A program made the position numbers and the translations under genes. Of a DNA stretch of 64,000 nt, positions 47,465-60,165 are shown piece after piece. The number at the start of each line of letters is the position of its first letter. Positions within the stretch are counted from its first letter, which is position 1. The notes beneath the pieces were generated by a model. It saw only the letters and a program-made list of their open reading frames with translations, did not search any database and was not told the origin of the DNA. The DNA is from Ranitomeya imitator (taxonomy: Eukaryota), in assembly GCF_032444005.1 (NCBI RefSeq), contig NC_091287.1, positions 83,204,001 to 83,268,000 of the forward strand, written 5' to 3'.

Positions 47465-48225
47465 TAATAATGGGATGCATTAAAAGAGGCATAGATGCTC
47501 ATGAGGAGAACATAATTTTACCTCTATACAAGTCACTTGTTCGACCACACTTAGAATACTGTGCACAGTTCTGGTTTCCGGTGTATCAGAAAGACATAGC
47601 TGAACTAGAGCGGGTGCAGAGAAGAGCGACCAAGGTTATTAGAGGACTGGGGGGTCTGCAATACCAAGACCGGTTATTACACTTGGGGCTATTTAGTTTG
47701 GAAAAATGAAGACTAAGGGGTGATCTTATTTTAATGTATAAATATGTGAGGGGACAGTACAAAGACCTTTCTGATGATCTTTTTAATCATAGACCTGAGA
47801 CAGGGACAAGGGGGCATCCCCTACGTCTGGAAGAAAGAAGGTTTAAGCATAATAACAGATGCGGATTCTCTACTGTAAGAGCAGTGAGACTATGGAACTC
47901 TCTGCCGTATGATGTTGTAATGAGTGATTCATTACTTAAATTTAAGAGGGGACTGGAGGCCTTTTTTGAAAAGTATAATGTTACAGGTTATATATACTAG
48001 ATTCCTTGATAGTGCATTGATCCAGGGAACTAGTCTGATTGCCGTATGTGAAGTCGGGAAGGATTTTTTTTCCCCAAAGTGGAGCTTACTATTTGCCACA
48101 TGGTTTTTTTTTTGCCTTCCTCTGGATCAACATGTTAGGGCATGTTAGGTTAGGCTATGGGTTGAACTAGATGGATTTATAGTCTTCCTTCAACCTTAAT
48201 AACTATGTAACTATGTTACTATGTT
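47465..48225 (+). mobile_element. CR1 3' fragment
   Basis: MGCIKRGIDAHEENIILPLYKSLVRPHLEYC..., broken by a stop near 47707; (CTATGTAA/CTATGTTA) tail at 48203-48223. Confidence 0.93.
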
Positions 48226-49299
48226 TCTTGACAAGCTGGCAGCGCAGATATGGACCTCAAACTTTCCATGTCTTATTACTACAACATATAGCCTTGCAAT
48301 GGAAGTTAAAATAATGCACCAATCCTTCTTGACGTAATGTAAAAATTTGAAAAAAAATCCCTGGATCAATTAATTGGTCATCTAAACATAATTTATCAAT
48401 AACCTGTATGTAAAATTTGGGAAATTCAGTAAGAAAATAAAATATATTCAATGGAGACTATCAAATAGAAGCATTTTATAATAAAATAAGTGTGGTTAAA
48501 TAAATAATATATTACATTTTCTGTTTTAATCCTGTATTCTAATTTCTTTTGATAGGATTATATTCTCATCAGGATACATTTTATTTAATAGTCTAGATCC
48601 ATATTAATCCATTGGAATTTGACAGCACTCATCTGGGCTAAGGTTTCGATTCAATTGTTTTCAATGTGAACTATATCAACCTAAAACTTAACTTATTAAA
48701 GTCATCTCATATCTGTCTATCTAACTATCTACTTTTCTACATGATCGTTAGAATGCCAACCTGTGAAAATTGGGTTTGGAGAGCTGGGTTACAGTGGCTG
48801 TATGCTCAGTTGTAACCCAGCTTTCTCACTGCACACAAACCAATGAACTGAGAATTGGAGGGATTGCCCTGCTGATCTGCTATAAGAAATGAGGCTGAGT
48901 CAATGGGAAACAGAATACAGAAGACTTTGGAAACATGTCTGAGAGGAGGAAAGAATTCTAAAACTTTCCTTATAGACAATAATTACCTAGATTTGGTTGG
49001 AAATTCATAAGCAGGTTTTTTTTTTTTGTGTTCTTCAATAAAGTTCTGATTTTATTTATATTTCAGTGGATTCTTTTGTTTTGGTGTGTGAAGTTTCTCT
49101 TAATAATGACAAAACTGCAAGATCTGAATGAATGTTTACATGATGTCTGTCACACTGCTGCCTAAACATGTGAACTGAGCTTCAATATGTCACTCATTTG
49201 ATCTTTCACTGCATCTTCAAAAATCATTCTTTTCTTAAGACTGCAAAATAATTGAGCTCGATATATCCATTAAATCAGTAGCTTACGACAATTGTGTCA

Positions 49300-49472
49300 A
49301 TTTCTTTCTTCATCTTTCTTTCTTTTGATATCTTTATTTCTGTTTCTTTTTCTCTTTGTCTCTCTTTTTCTCTCTTTATTTTTGCTTCATTTTCATTTTC
49401 TGTCTTTATTTCTATCTTTTTCTTTCTTTCACTATCATTTCTTCCTTTACTTTTTCTGTCTCTTTTTCTTTT
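49300..49472. repeat. CT-rich low-complexity tract abutting the gap
   Basis: Almost purely pyrimidine on the + strand. Confidence 0.85.
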
Positions 49473-49722
49473 NNNNNNNNNNNNNNNNNNNNNNNNNNNN
49501 NNNNNNNNNNNNNNNNNNNNNNNNNNNNNNNNNNNNNNNNNNNNNNNNNNNNNNNNNNNNNNNNNNNNNNNNNNNNNNNNNNNNNNNNNNNNNNNNNNNN
49601 NNNNNNNNNNNNNNNNNNNNNNNNNNNNNNNNNNNNNNNNNNNNNNNNNNNNNNNNNNNNNNNNNNNNNNNNNNNNNNNNNNNNNNNNNNNNNNNNNNNN
49701 NNNNNNNNNNNNNNNNNNNNNN
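49473..49722. other. Assembly gap (250 N)
   Basis: Run of N. Confidence 0.99.
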
Positions 49723-50862
49723 TCTACACACACCTCTTAATCTTTCAGCAACCAGCATGCTGAAAAAATGACACATTACTAAGGAATATTATCTCCATCC
49801 ATCCACCACTGTATGCACCACTGGCCGCTAGAATAAAAATTATTCATAAACCCAATGCACAAAAGTTATTTGTCCATTTCTTCCCGAGTTAAAAGGAACA
49901 TTTGCAAAATACCTTCTCTCCTTAATTCCTGAAAAATGCATGGGATAATTAAATTAAATTACACCATTTTTATCTTTGCAGAAATCAAGAGCGTTTCCTT
50001 TCCCTTTGTGTTTACTTTCCTGCAGTAGCTGACATCAAAATGTTTTCTGGAATGCTCGGGCTAAATAAGTTATGCTTAACTCAATATCTAATATAAATAG
50101 CCCGGGGGAGATCCTGCAGTACAATGATAAAAGCTGGAGTTTCTTTTAGTAGCTTGCCACACTTTACTGATATTGTATTTCTCTAATCACCAATCTTTAT
50201 GTGCCTTCCTGACCCCGAGCTCTCTGTCCAAATAAGTGTGTGTTGCTATCAAAGGCCTGTGTCACTGAAAGAGTGAATGGCTTTCATTTTTTTCTTGCAA
50301 AACTTCCGCCACTTGGCATCTGCAAAGAATTAACCCAAGTAGACTTTTTTTTTTTAATGCTGCCTCCTGGTCAGAGACCCATCCAGTGGAAGTTGCATTT
50401 TCTGGAGTGAGGTCACTGTGGTCAGAAATAGCTGGACCCCATAATTTATGTGAATTTCAAACTGTTTTCTTAAATTAGCCTGGATTTGAAATCATGACTT
50501 CAATGCTCACACTGCAGGATGCCTATGAATTTTCCGTAGGCTGATGTATGATTTATTAATCAAAATACGGCGCTGCTGTGGATGATAAATAGCTATCATA
50601 GGCAGAAGTAATAAAGTAATTGGTGTATCATTTTGAAAAATAAAAAATTTACACAATTTATCACATTTACTCTTTTATTATACCAGTCTATCAGATTTCC
50701 GAAAGATAAAAATGTATTTGTCTAGACATTCTTTCCATAGTTGCATTTTCATACATATTTACCATACTGAAAACCTCTCTGAAAAACTTTAAATCACTGT
50801 TTAAAATGAAATAAAAATGACAGTAATACCATTTTATGTTGTTTTGTTGGGTTTGTTTTAAG

Positions 50863-50919
50863 AGAGACATCAATGGCATAAAGGTGGTGGTCAGACGCTC
50901 TGCTAGGGTTTTGCACAAG
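50863..50919 (+). other. Candidate 57-nt cassette exon of an unidentified host transcript
   Basis: T-rich acceptor ...GTTTGTTTTAAG, consensus donor AAG|GTGAGT, length divisible by 3, only phase 0 open (RDINGIKVVVRRSARVLHK). Peptide not recognised. Confidence 0.3.
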
Positions 50920-51097
50920 GTGAGTGAATCACATCTGAGTGGCCTTCAAAGCAGGCGACAGAGGCGCTCCCTAATTATAGTGTGCACCTCAGCAGACGAC
51001 AATGCTGTTACGGGATAAAAATCATTATATGAAGATCAAAACTGATCATATAGTGGTAGATACCCATTCTGCACACTATAAGTGACTACCTTAACAC

Positions 51098-52016
51098 TAG
51101 AGATGAGCAGATAGATTCATGTGATTCTGGGCTGGCATCCAAGCCAGTGCTGACAGCAGCTAAGGCCTCTTTCACACTTCCGCTTTTTACAATCAGTCAC
51201 AATCCATCAAAATGTTGAAAAGACGGATCCTGTGCAGATTGTAAAAAACAGATGCACTGGATCGTTTTTTTTTTTATCGATCCGTCGAGGCAGTTGTTGC
51301 CAGAATTTAAGGCTATGTGCACACGCTGTGTATGCGTCTTCGCTGAGTTTTTTCGCTGCAAAAATGAATACACAACACAACCCATGTTCAAAATAATGAA
51401 AAAATAAAAAATCATGGTATTCTTACCTTCTGGCATCCCCCGCAGCCTGCCCGATGCTCCTGGCAGCTCCCGTTCCCAGTGATGCCTTCAGAGACAATGA
51501 CCTGTGATGATGTAGCAGTCTTGCCAATGACGGACAGCGCAGGATCCATCGCTGGGCGATTTTCTGGCGTACACAAAAAACATTTCTATGTGCATTGTCT
51601 CCTCCCGACTCACAGCGATTTTACGATGGATCAAGCGCACGACAGATAAAATGAAAGGCCATCCGTCACAATCTGTCGCTAATACAAGTCTATGAGAAAA
51701 AAATGGATCCAGCAAAAACATTTGCTGGATCCATTTTTTTCACAAAACGACAGATTTTGACAGAAACAAAAAGACGGAAGTGTGAAAGAGGCCTTAATGG
51801 AAGGCTCGTAAATCTCTAATCTTACTGCATCACTGTGCGCCTTTTGAATAGCGGTCACAATATCAGTCTTTCTTCAACTGGCTAACACGGTACCAATCCC
51901 CTTTTTTCTTTTAAATGTCACCTGTGTAATGGGGCACACGGGTGATATCATGTCAGTGAGTGTAGCATTGACCTGGACATTGGATCGAGTATCACGAATC
52001 GAACCACTCATCTCTA
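51098..52016. mobile_element. hAT MITE hosting nested MITEs
   Basis: TAGAGATGAGC...CTCATCTCTA; eroded TSD CTTAACAC / ATTCACAC (6/8). Confidence 0.7.
51164..51793. mobile_element. TTAA-type MITE nested in the hAT MITE
   Basis: Perfect 19-bp TIR GGCCTCTTTCACACTTCCG; CTAA/TTAA flanks; contains a fragment of the 12498 family starting TTAAGGCTATGTGCACAC at ~51307. Confidence 0.88.
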
Positions 52017-52816
52017 ATTCACACCTATAATGAGAGGACAGCATTATAGTATGGAACAAACTACCAACAATAGTTCACTGGATAATTCTAAAACATGGAA
52101 CACCTACAATGATCCAGCAAAGACCAAATAATGACACAATAAATAATGTATATATTCTTTATTTCATATAAAGTGGAATGGACAAAGACAAAAAAAATTA
52201 CACTGCAGATTGAAATGCAGTAAATGTGGAAAACTAGGGATGCAAATAAATATCACAAATGTCACAGTAGACAGCTGGGAATGCACAAAGTAATTAAACA
52301 GCAATAAAGTGTATATAAAATAAAATGTTAGACTAACAATAAATTGCATAATGCACTTATTAAATAATATAGATGGTCAATTACTAAAAAAAAAGAATCA
52401 AATAATAAAGTGCATAATCGAGGCATAATGTCTCAGAGAAGTTAAGTAGCTGTCAAGGATAGTGGTACAAAATTGGCATGTCAAAATGTATGAAAGTGAC
52501 AAAAGAAATGGGAATAGTAATAAATTGTGTAGAGCTGAAGAGTACAGACTACCTGGAAACTGTATTCTACACCTCAATCTCAAAGGCAGGTTTCGCAAAC
52601 ACTTCCTCAGGAACAAGCGCCAACACTTTTTCCTGAAGCATCCACTTTGACTTATTTTGCATCACTTTTCCAGGTCCTGGTTGTCACTACATCTTTTGTA
52701 CTCCTAATAACTCCATCATTATATCAGGAATCAAGGGTGGAAATACCATTGGTGCAAATGGTGCAGCCGCACAGAGGCATAAGAGGTAAGGGGACATTAC
52801 CACCGCCAAAGCAGAA

Positions 52817-53080
52817 GGTGGCTCAGTGGTTAGCACTTCAGTCTTGCAGCGCTGGTGTCCTGGGTTCAAATTCCACCAAGCACAACATCTGCAACGAGTT
52901 TGTATGTTCGCCATGTGTTTGCGTGGGTTTCTTCCAGATACTCCAATTTCCTCCCATATTCTAAAGACATACTGATAGGGAATTTAGATTGTGATCCCCA
53001 CAGGGGACAGTGATGATGATGTGTGTAAAGCGCTACGGAACAAGATAGCGCTATATAAACAAAGCATAATAAATAAATAA
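52817..53080 (+). mobile_element. tRNA-derived SINE (V-SINE-like)
   Basis: Box A TGGCTCAGTGG, box B GGTTCAAATTCC, same body as 7758-8035. Confidence 0.9.
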
Positions 53081-55720
53081 GGAATTGTAGATTATGATGA
53101 GTTATTGCACAGCAAAGGGCCCGTATATAGTGTAGTATATTGCAGTGGGACCTACTTCAGTTTGTCTCTGATCCTTCCAGGATTAGGATTATAATTTTAA
53201 CATTTTCCATTCATTTTGTCCTAATCGAACATTTCCTTGTGTCTGATTCATTAAATTGTCACTACTTATAAGAGCCCAAACAAGAGTTAAAGACATTCCT
53301 GTACAAGGTCAGGTATTTATCTAATCACTTATTGTCCAGCATAGGCTTTGATGAAGCAGGAAAGCATCATTTAAATGTTGCCAGAGAAGGCATCACAATA
53401 GACATTGACAGAGGAGTATTATCGTGAAACACAGTTATACACGATAGAGATTTGCCACTAATCCAAAGTAATTTATCTTTATTATTAAAAGATAACAAGT
53501 CTTTGAAGGCCAAGCCCTGTTTATGCCCATAGTAAGAGCTCCTCTAATGCAGTTTCCTCTATTACTTTTTCTTTTAATTAATTTATGCATGTCAAGATCA
53601 AGGGAATCTATCATAGAAGATGAACTCCAGGACAAGCAAAAAAAAAAATCACCTCCTCCCAGCTCATAACTGGCACCCTGTAGATAGCTTACTAAGGAGA
53701 TTTACTTTTACCTCTCTTTTTTTTAAAGGGAGGTCACTACTAGTCTATGTTCCTCCTTAAAAACGTTCTGTCATGTGCCTCTTAACACTTCTTATCAAGA
53801 ACCAATATCACAATCTGAAAGAAACCAGCTCTTGACCAGTTCTTGACCTCTCTACGCTGAAAGAGCACCTTTCTCTTCTGCCTTATGTCTCATTATAGCC
53901 TACAAGAAAAATGAGGCAGAGGTAAAAAAAAAAAAAGAAAATCCTTATAAGAAAAACCCAAGATAACAAGTGCAGTAATTGTCTGGGAGATGAATCAACT
54001 CTACAGAAGACTACTTTTCTTGAAAGCTCAATATCATTACACAGTGTGTATATTTTATCCTATATGTAAAAAAAATCGACATAAGTAAATGTTATTGTTC
54101 ATAAATTATTATTTTTTTCCTTACTTAAATGCATGTAATTGAAATTAAAACTTTTGCACTGCTTGGCTTATATAGATTCAGTGTCGCACTGCCTATTACT
54201 GGCTGCATAATGAGTTAACGGGGGTGGGCAATTATTTTTATTTTATTAGATGCATAGTGAAAATGTTGTTTTTGTGGCACTCACTATAACAGAAAAAAAT
54301 AGGTTCTTCTTCATTTGTTAGTGCAGTTTGGCTACTTATGGAGGAGCATGTGATCAGAGTGTCCATCAACCTGTTCTACCTGAAGAATAAGACACATGAA
54401 ATGCTACTTTTCTATTGGAGGAGACTGATGGACAGGTCTGGCTACATGCACCTCCATCGAAAGTCATTAAATTGACTGGACAGGTGTGCATGAATAAGGA
54501 AATCTGCACTAACAAGTGCATAGAAAGAATCTGCCATTCCTATCTAATAGTAATGTCCATAAAACCATGTCCCAACTCATCTGTTAAGATAAAGTGGCCA
54601 GCTCCTTGAAGGATTTTTTTTTAAAGCAGAACCCCCACAAAAAAAAATTAAAATCCTACAAATTTAATAATAATATGTGTTGAAAAGTTAGATGTGATTT
54701 TTAGAGCTCAGCAGATCAGAGCAGATGAGTGGGCTAATGACGTCAGGCTTGGCCAGGCAAGTTTCCCCTTAATTCCCTGGTCTAGGACAGCCAATCAGGA
54801 GAGAGCAAATATGAACAGTGGAAAAGATTGGGGCAGGCCAAGGAGTGCCAATCTATGCTTGGACAGTGCAGTGATGGGAGGTCAAAACGCATAGGTCATT
54901 ATACAAATTGGTAGAAAAACGCCTAACTTGAATGTGGTTTACTACTTTCAATGCTCAATCAGATTGAGCAGATTGATCAGATTCCAAAGATTCAAGTGGT
55001 ACAGATTGGTGCTGTACCTGCAGAGTCACCAGAGTCACTCAGTGTGACTGTGAATTAATTGATCTGAGATATACTGAAGTACCTTAATAAAAGCCTTTTT
55101 TTATTATTCTTCACACACTGCAAACAAGGAGGGCAGTACTAATCCACTCAGTGGTTTTTTTCAGCTGAAACAATATCCTTACATTGTAAGATGGGCAAGT
55201 CATTTTTATAACCTCCTAAAGAAAAAACTCCATAACCCAGGAATTTTAACACCTCTCAAAGTGTACAAATTGTGAGAAATATATATATTTTGCACACTTC
55301 ATTGTTGCAATAACCAAATATTAGAACCATACACACCACCCAAATAAAAATGTTGATTTTCTCCTTTTATCATCCGCTTTCCCCTAGCTAGATAGGTTGA
55401 GGTCACTTGGACATTTATAAGGCTGTTTTTGCTTTGCAGAGCTCAAAATATGTTCAATACAGTACTAGAGAACCTTAGAGTATTATACACATATTTTCCT
55501 GGCAATTTGTTTCTTTTAAGTAATACAATTAGCAGCAAATTTATTCACCATGAGTCAAACTTTGAGGGGAAATTAAACGAAGATAGCGAATTTGAATTTT
55601 AAAAAAATTCACTTATCTCTAGTGATTATATAATGTTAAGAATTGTATGATACTTAAATATATGAACTTGTGCTTGCATATAACAAGGACTTATTTAATT
55701 GACATTTTTGGCATATCTAT

Positions 55721-56010
55721 ATAATAATTATTATTATTATACATTTTTATAGTGCCATTTATTCCATGGCGCTTTACATGTGAATACGAGGCAAATATAG
55801 ACAAATACATTAAACATGAGCAGATAACAGGCACACGGGTACATAAGGAGGGAGGACCCTGCCCGCGAGGGCTCACAGTCTGCAGGGGATGGGTGATGAA
55901 ACACTAGGAGAGGGTAGGGCAGGTTGCGCCGCAGTTCAGTAACTTCAGGATCACTGCAGGCTGTAGGCTTGTCGGAAGAGGTGGGTCTTCAGGTTCTTTT
56001 TGAAGGTTTC
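55721..56010 (-). mobile_element. L2 LINE 3' end
   Basis: (ATT)n tail at 55721-55740; GAGGACCCTGCCCGCGAGGGCTCACAGTCT is homologous to 33570-33600 reversed. Confidence 0.75.
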
Positions 56011-58469
56011 TATTATGCTGTATGCCTCATTTTGTGATATGGGTGGATATACTATTAGGACCAGTTTATAGAAGGTCTGTAAGGTCGCTAAAATGCCTTT
56101 GAGATCTGTTATACAATGGATCTGGCACAGTAATGTGGCTTCTGCAATTATTGCCATGTTGCCAATGCAAACAGAGCCTATGGTTTCTGGCTTGTGTGTT
56201 TTGCATGTCATTATAATTTACCTTTAAATGTAAAGAAATCAAGGAATAAACAGTAATATAATCTAGAATTACACCATGTCCTTTCGAGCCTCCAATTCCA
56301 TTTTTTTTTTACATAGAATGACAAGCACCCTACCGGAAACCCAATGAACCCCATTATTGTCAGTTGGGTCTTTTAGGCACCACCATGTAACCGATCTATT
56401 TCCCAAATGAACTCCATTCCTGTATGACTATAATGGAAAAAAACAAACAAACCCTGGCCTTACGAAGATGCTCATGTTAAGGAATTCTCTAGTTTAAAAA
56501 TTATTTTTCTTTCCCATTTTATATGCAGGTAAATTATCTAATATGTAAAGGGAGCCTGTTCAGAGAACTCTGCCTACTAAAACATAAGAAATGCTGGATA
56601 AAGGACTTAAGCCAAGTGGCCACATACCTTTGTTGCTGTTTATAGCTTTAGAACTGCCCTCCTACCCAGTTAATTCTTCTCTTTCCCATTAAGTCTTTGA
56701 CATCATGTGATTAAAAACTGACTAGCGGAATCCTTCTAAGCTCTATGTAGAAATAGGAGGTCAATTTTCTCAGCTTGACTCATCATCCTCTTAAACTTCT
56801 GACCCAGTTGCTCTACTCCTCTCTCCTGCCAGGGACTTGCAGTGATGTAGAATTATAGTTGTAACAATAACTTATGCAAAGAAAATAGACTTCCTGTTTC
56901 TGCATAATCACATGATGTCGTAAAGAGAAGAAATAATTGGGTAGAAGGGCAAAATAAGCAATTGTAGGTACACTGTGCTATATAATATGATGACTGCAAT
57001 ATGTATAAAGAGGATGAAAATTTTGAACAAATTTTGCTTCTTTAACTAATGGATTTAGTGGTAATTTGCAACACTATAATCACTTCCAAGTAATTTCAGT
57101 GGTATGACTGAATGCTGGAATCAGAGATGGTTTAGGGATGGAGGCCAGTGTAATTGTCAGGCCTTGATACAACCACTGGGCACTTATAAGGTAATTTACA
57201 TACAAGAGAGAAGTTAGTTTTTTTCTAGCACTATTAATGTTCATCAACACACAGCACTGTGTTAGTGGCTTCATTCACAAATATCTCTGACATAATCCCT
57301 TTTATCTCATCAAAAAGATCCGTTCTTGTTTTACGTGAGAAAGACAATTGCTAGGCAGCTAGTTCATTTATTTAGATATTGAAACAGAGAAGCCACTGGT
57401 TTTCAACAATGAAAAAGTGTTCACGTGCTCTACACTTTTGCAGAACTCCCACCTTACATCACTTTTCACTTCTCTGTTCTGTCTCATTATCATAAAACAA
57501 AAATAAAGGTCAAGTTGGACATATGTTTCTAGTAATCAAAAGCAGAGAAGTTCACCTTTCCAATCATAGGCACAGGTTAAGCCACACAATTGGTTTTGTG
57601 TGTCCCCAGTGGTCAGTATGCCATATAGTCTCTTAGGATCCACTTTTCGGGTGATCCCAGAATAATTTTGCACTGACACTTCTAAGTCTAAGCCAAAACC
57701 CAAAGAGCGTAACCTATCTAAAATATGTGAAGAGTCTGAAAAATCCCAGCAGGTCTTCCTGTTATATAACATGTTTTGGCTCTGCATTGTATCTCCCATT
57801 GACTGCAATACATTCAGAAATTCCACACATCATGCATTAGAAATGCTGTAACTCTGATTCAGTTCTGCAGTTTGACTCGATAAATGTTTTTTTCTTGAAA
57901 ATGCAAAAGTGAACTCTATAATTTATTACAGCACCAGCAATTCAAGATGTTATGCTTGGATGATATGCAAGCAGTTGGTTAGCAACATTCCAGAATTTTT
58001 TGCTTTCATTGGCTACCAGGTTATTACCCTTAGTTTCATTCTGCAAATCTGTGTTTAAAAACAGTTTAACAACACTTTAGTTTTGTTTTAGAAGCAGTTG
58101 TGTGTTTGAACTTCTTGGTAAGGGGCTGCGTAGCTTGAAAAAAATATTTTGGGAAAGTTGTTACATTGGTGACTAAATTATATTGTCATGCTAATATTCA
58201 TTTTTCATCTACTACATTGGCAACAAAATGCAAAAATATAGTTATGACAAAATAGTATAATGTGTAGTTCTGAGCTAGTCAAAGAGGGCTTTTTTAGCAT
58301 TTTTGTTAAGTTACAAAATCGTTGACTACAGTTCAAAAATATTACCTCCAGTAGAGATGAATGGATCCATTCGCGGTGGATATAGTTAGTCAAATTTCCT
58401 GAAATTTGCAGTTTTACACCGAGCATTTTGAGATTCAATTTGTGGCAAAAAAGTACTTGCATGGTGTGG

Positions 58470-58660
58470 ACACTTGATGTGGACATCCTTTTCCTTCAAA
58501 ACAGCATCAAAGCATGTGAACAAACCACAAATATTCTGCTGATGTAGGCTTTCACAATTTCTTCTATCTCTTCATGCAGTTCCTCACATACGCAATGATG
58601 CTGAGATCAGTACTCTGTGAAACCGATACCATCACTTCCAGAATTGTTTGTTCTACTTTA
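58470..58660 (-). mobile_element. Tc1 transposase C-terminal relic
   Basis: Minus frame SQSTDLSIIAYVRNCMKR*KKL*KPTSAEYLW, then CFDAVLKEKDVHIK, matching the Tc1 PDLNIIE.VW...DAVLKAKGGHTK pattern. Confidence 0.75.
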
Positions 58661-59814
58661 CAAAAGGTCGGGTATCGGGTGCACCACAATATAACTAATT
58701 ATGACACAATATGAGCCAGGGTGCTACATGATGCATGGAAGGGAGGATAAGCACAAAACAAAAAAGGATCAATGCATATAGACCGTGCACACCTGTAATA
58801 GAATATATCAAGAAACTCTATTATCACAAAAGCACAAACATGATTTAAAAACAAATTAAAAACATGATACTAACACCCTTGTCCATACTAGGACAACTAA
58901 TGCAATAAAGCGTCCTGTATACATATTATGCACCCAAAACATGAAAAGGCACAAACAGTAATGTAAAACAGTGACCCTGTGATAAATAACAATAGATCAA
59001 ACCATTGCACATATGTCAATCAATCATGGGGTAACCAATACCCTATCTCCAAGGTTATTTAAATAGACCATATAGTAGGCAATCAGTGGGCGTCCCCATA
59101 GATGCCTCCTAAATATATGGGAATAAAAGTGCCATATATTATGGTATTAGACTTTGGGTCAAATCAACACTTACCCAAATCCCTGCTATGTAGAATAAGG
59201 GCTTCAAGGTGGACAGGAGGTACTGCATAAAATGAAGTATGGAACAAAAAAAATATAAACCTGATAAGTGAGAAATGAAAATCAAGAAAGTATATATATA
59301 TACGTCTGCAAATGTTCCAATATAGTTACCAACAAATCAATATAAGCCCCATGAAGATCTAGGAGACAAACAATAAGGATGCCCTGAAGGAGCGAGATAC
59401 GAGAGCCCTGATGGAAGTTGCTTAAGGGAAGCTCCTGGATGGAAAGGAGCAGGAGATGTGGGAAGGAAAGCGCATGGGGAGACAATGAGGTACAATGAGG
59501 TAGACAAGAAGATGTCTGGTAGTATAGGGCCTACAATGACTGCCCTGAAAGCAGTAGCACTGTAATATATAGTGGACAGACAGTGCCTGATGAGGTGTCC
59601 AGCCTCAGTGACAGCAAGAATGACAAAAGCTGCACAGAATAGAAATTTGACAAAGCAGGCATGGAGATCTCTGATATTGTACAGCCCACAATAGTAGCTT
59701 GGCAGCAGTAAATGCCTTGATGGGCATGGGCCATCTCCACTAACATCAACAGAAGAGTGTAACACACAACGAACAGGCAGGCAGATGCTATGGCCAATCT
59801 AATAATTTGCATCA

Positions 59815-60060
59815 GCCATAAGTGAAATTTAGCACTGGTTCATGCCTGATTTCTTTTGACAAATGTAAGATTTTCCATGTGTATGGAGAATAACCTCCTC
59901 TGCTGGGTGTGACAAAACAAGCTGCTGCACTGTACACCCTCTTTGACAGTACAATAGATGTTGGACATGACAGCACACCCATGCCAAACTAGGCCATTTC
60001 TTGTTACTGTTCAATCCGTTGATCGAGAAGTCTATGGGGTCGAAACTTAGGGCATTTGCC
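59815..60060 (-). pseudogene. hAT transposase C-terminal dimerisation domain relic
   Basis: Pieces in three frames: DPIDF..., QEMA*FGMGVLSCPTSIVLSKRVYSAAACFVTP and MENLTFVKRNQA*. These follow the hATC pattern LSCPASSV.SER.FS.AG...LTF.K.N. Confidence 0.72.
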
Positions 60061-60165
60061 ATAAGTAGAACACAGAAAAAAAAAAGTTGTTCAGCTCACC
60101 ATTAGATGAATTTCTCTGGCTTTGGGTGTGCACTCCAGGATGGTGCTCGGAAAAAATGGCTGTGG

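Noticed and set aside
49275-49776. ORFs spanning the N gap
   Set aside because: Artefacts of Ns and low complexity.
52674-52785. 112-nt candidate exon with good acceptor and AG|GTAAGG donor
   Set aside because: The second half resembles a MITE end (GGTGCAGCCGCACAG), neither open frame gives a recognisable peptide, and the length shifts frame.
57536-57826. 96-aa minus-strand ORF in unique sequence
   Set aside because: No recognisable domain or convincing splice boundaries.
59175-59222. 48-nt minus-strand candidate exon
   Set aside because: Lies in repeat-like degenerate sequence; peptide not recognised.
59584-59625. CTGATGAG followed by a TGTC/GACA stem
   Set aside because: No GAAA after the stem; not a hammerhead.
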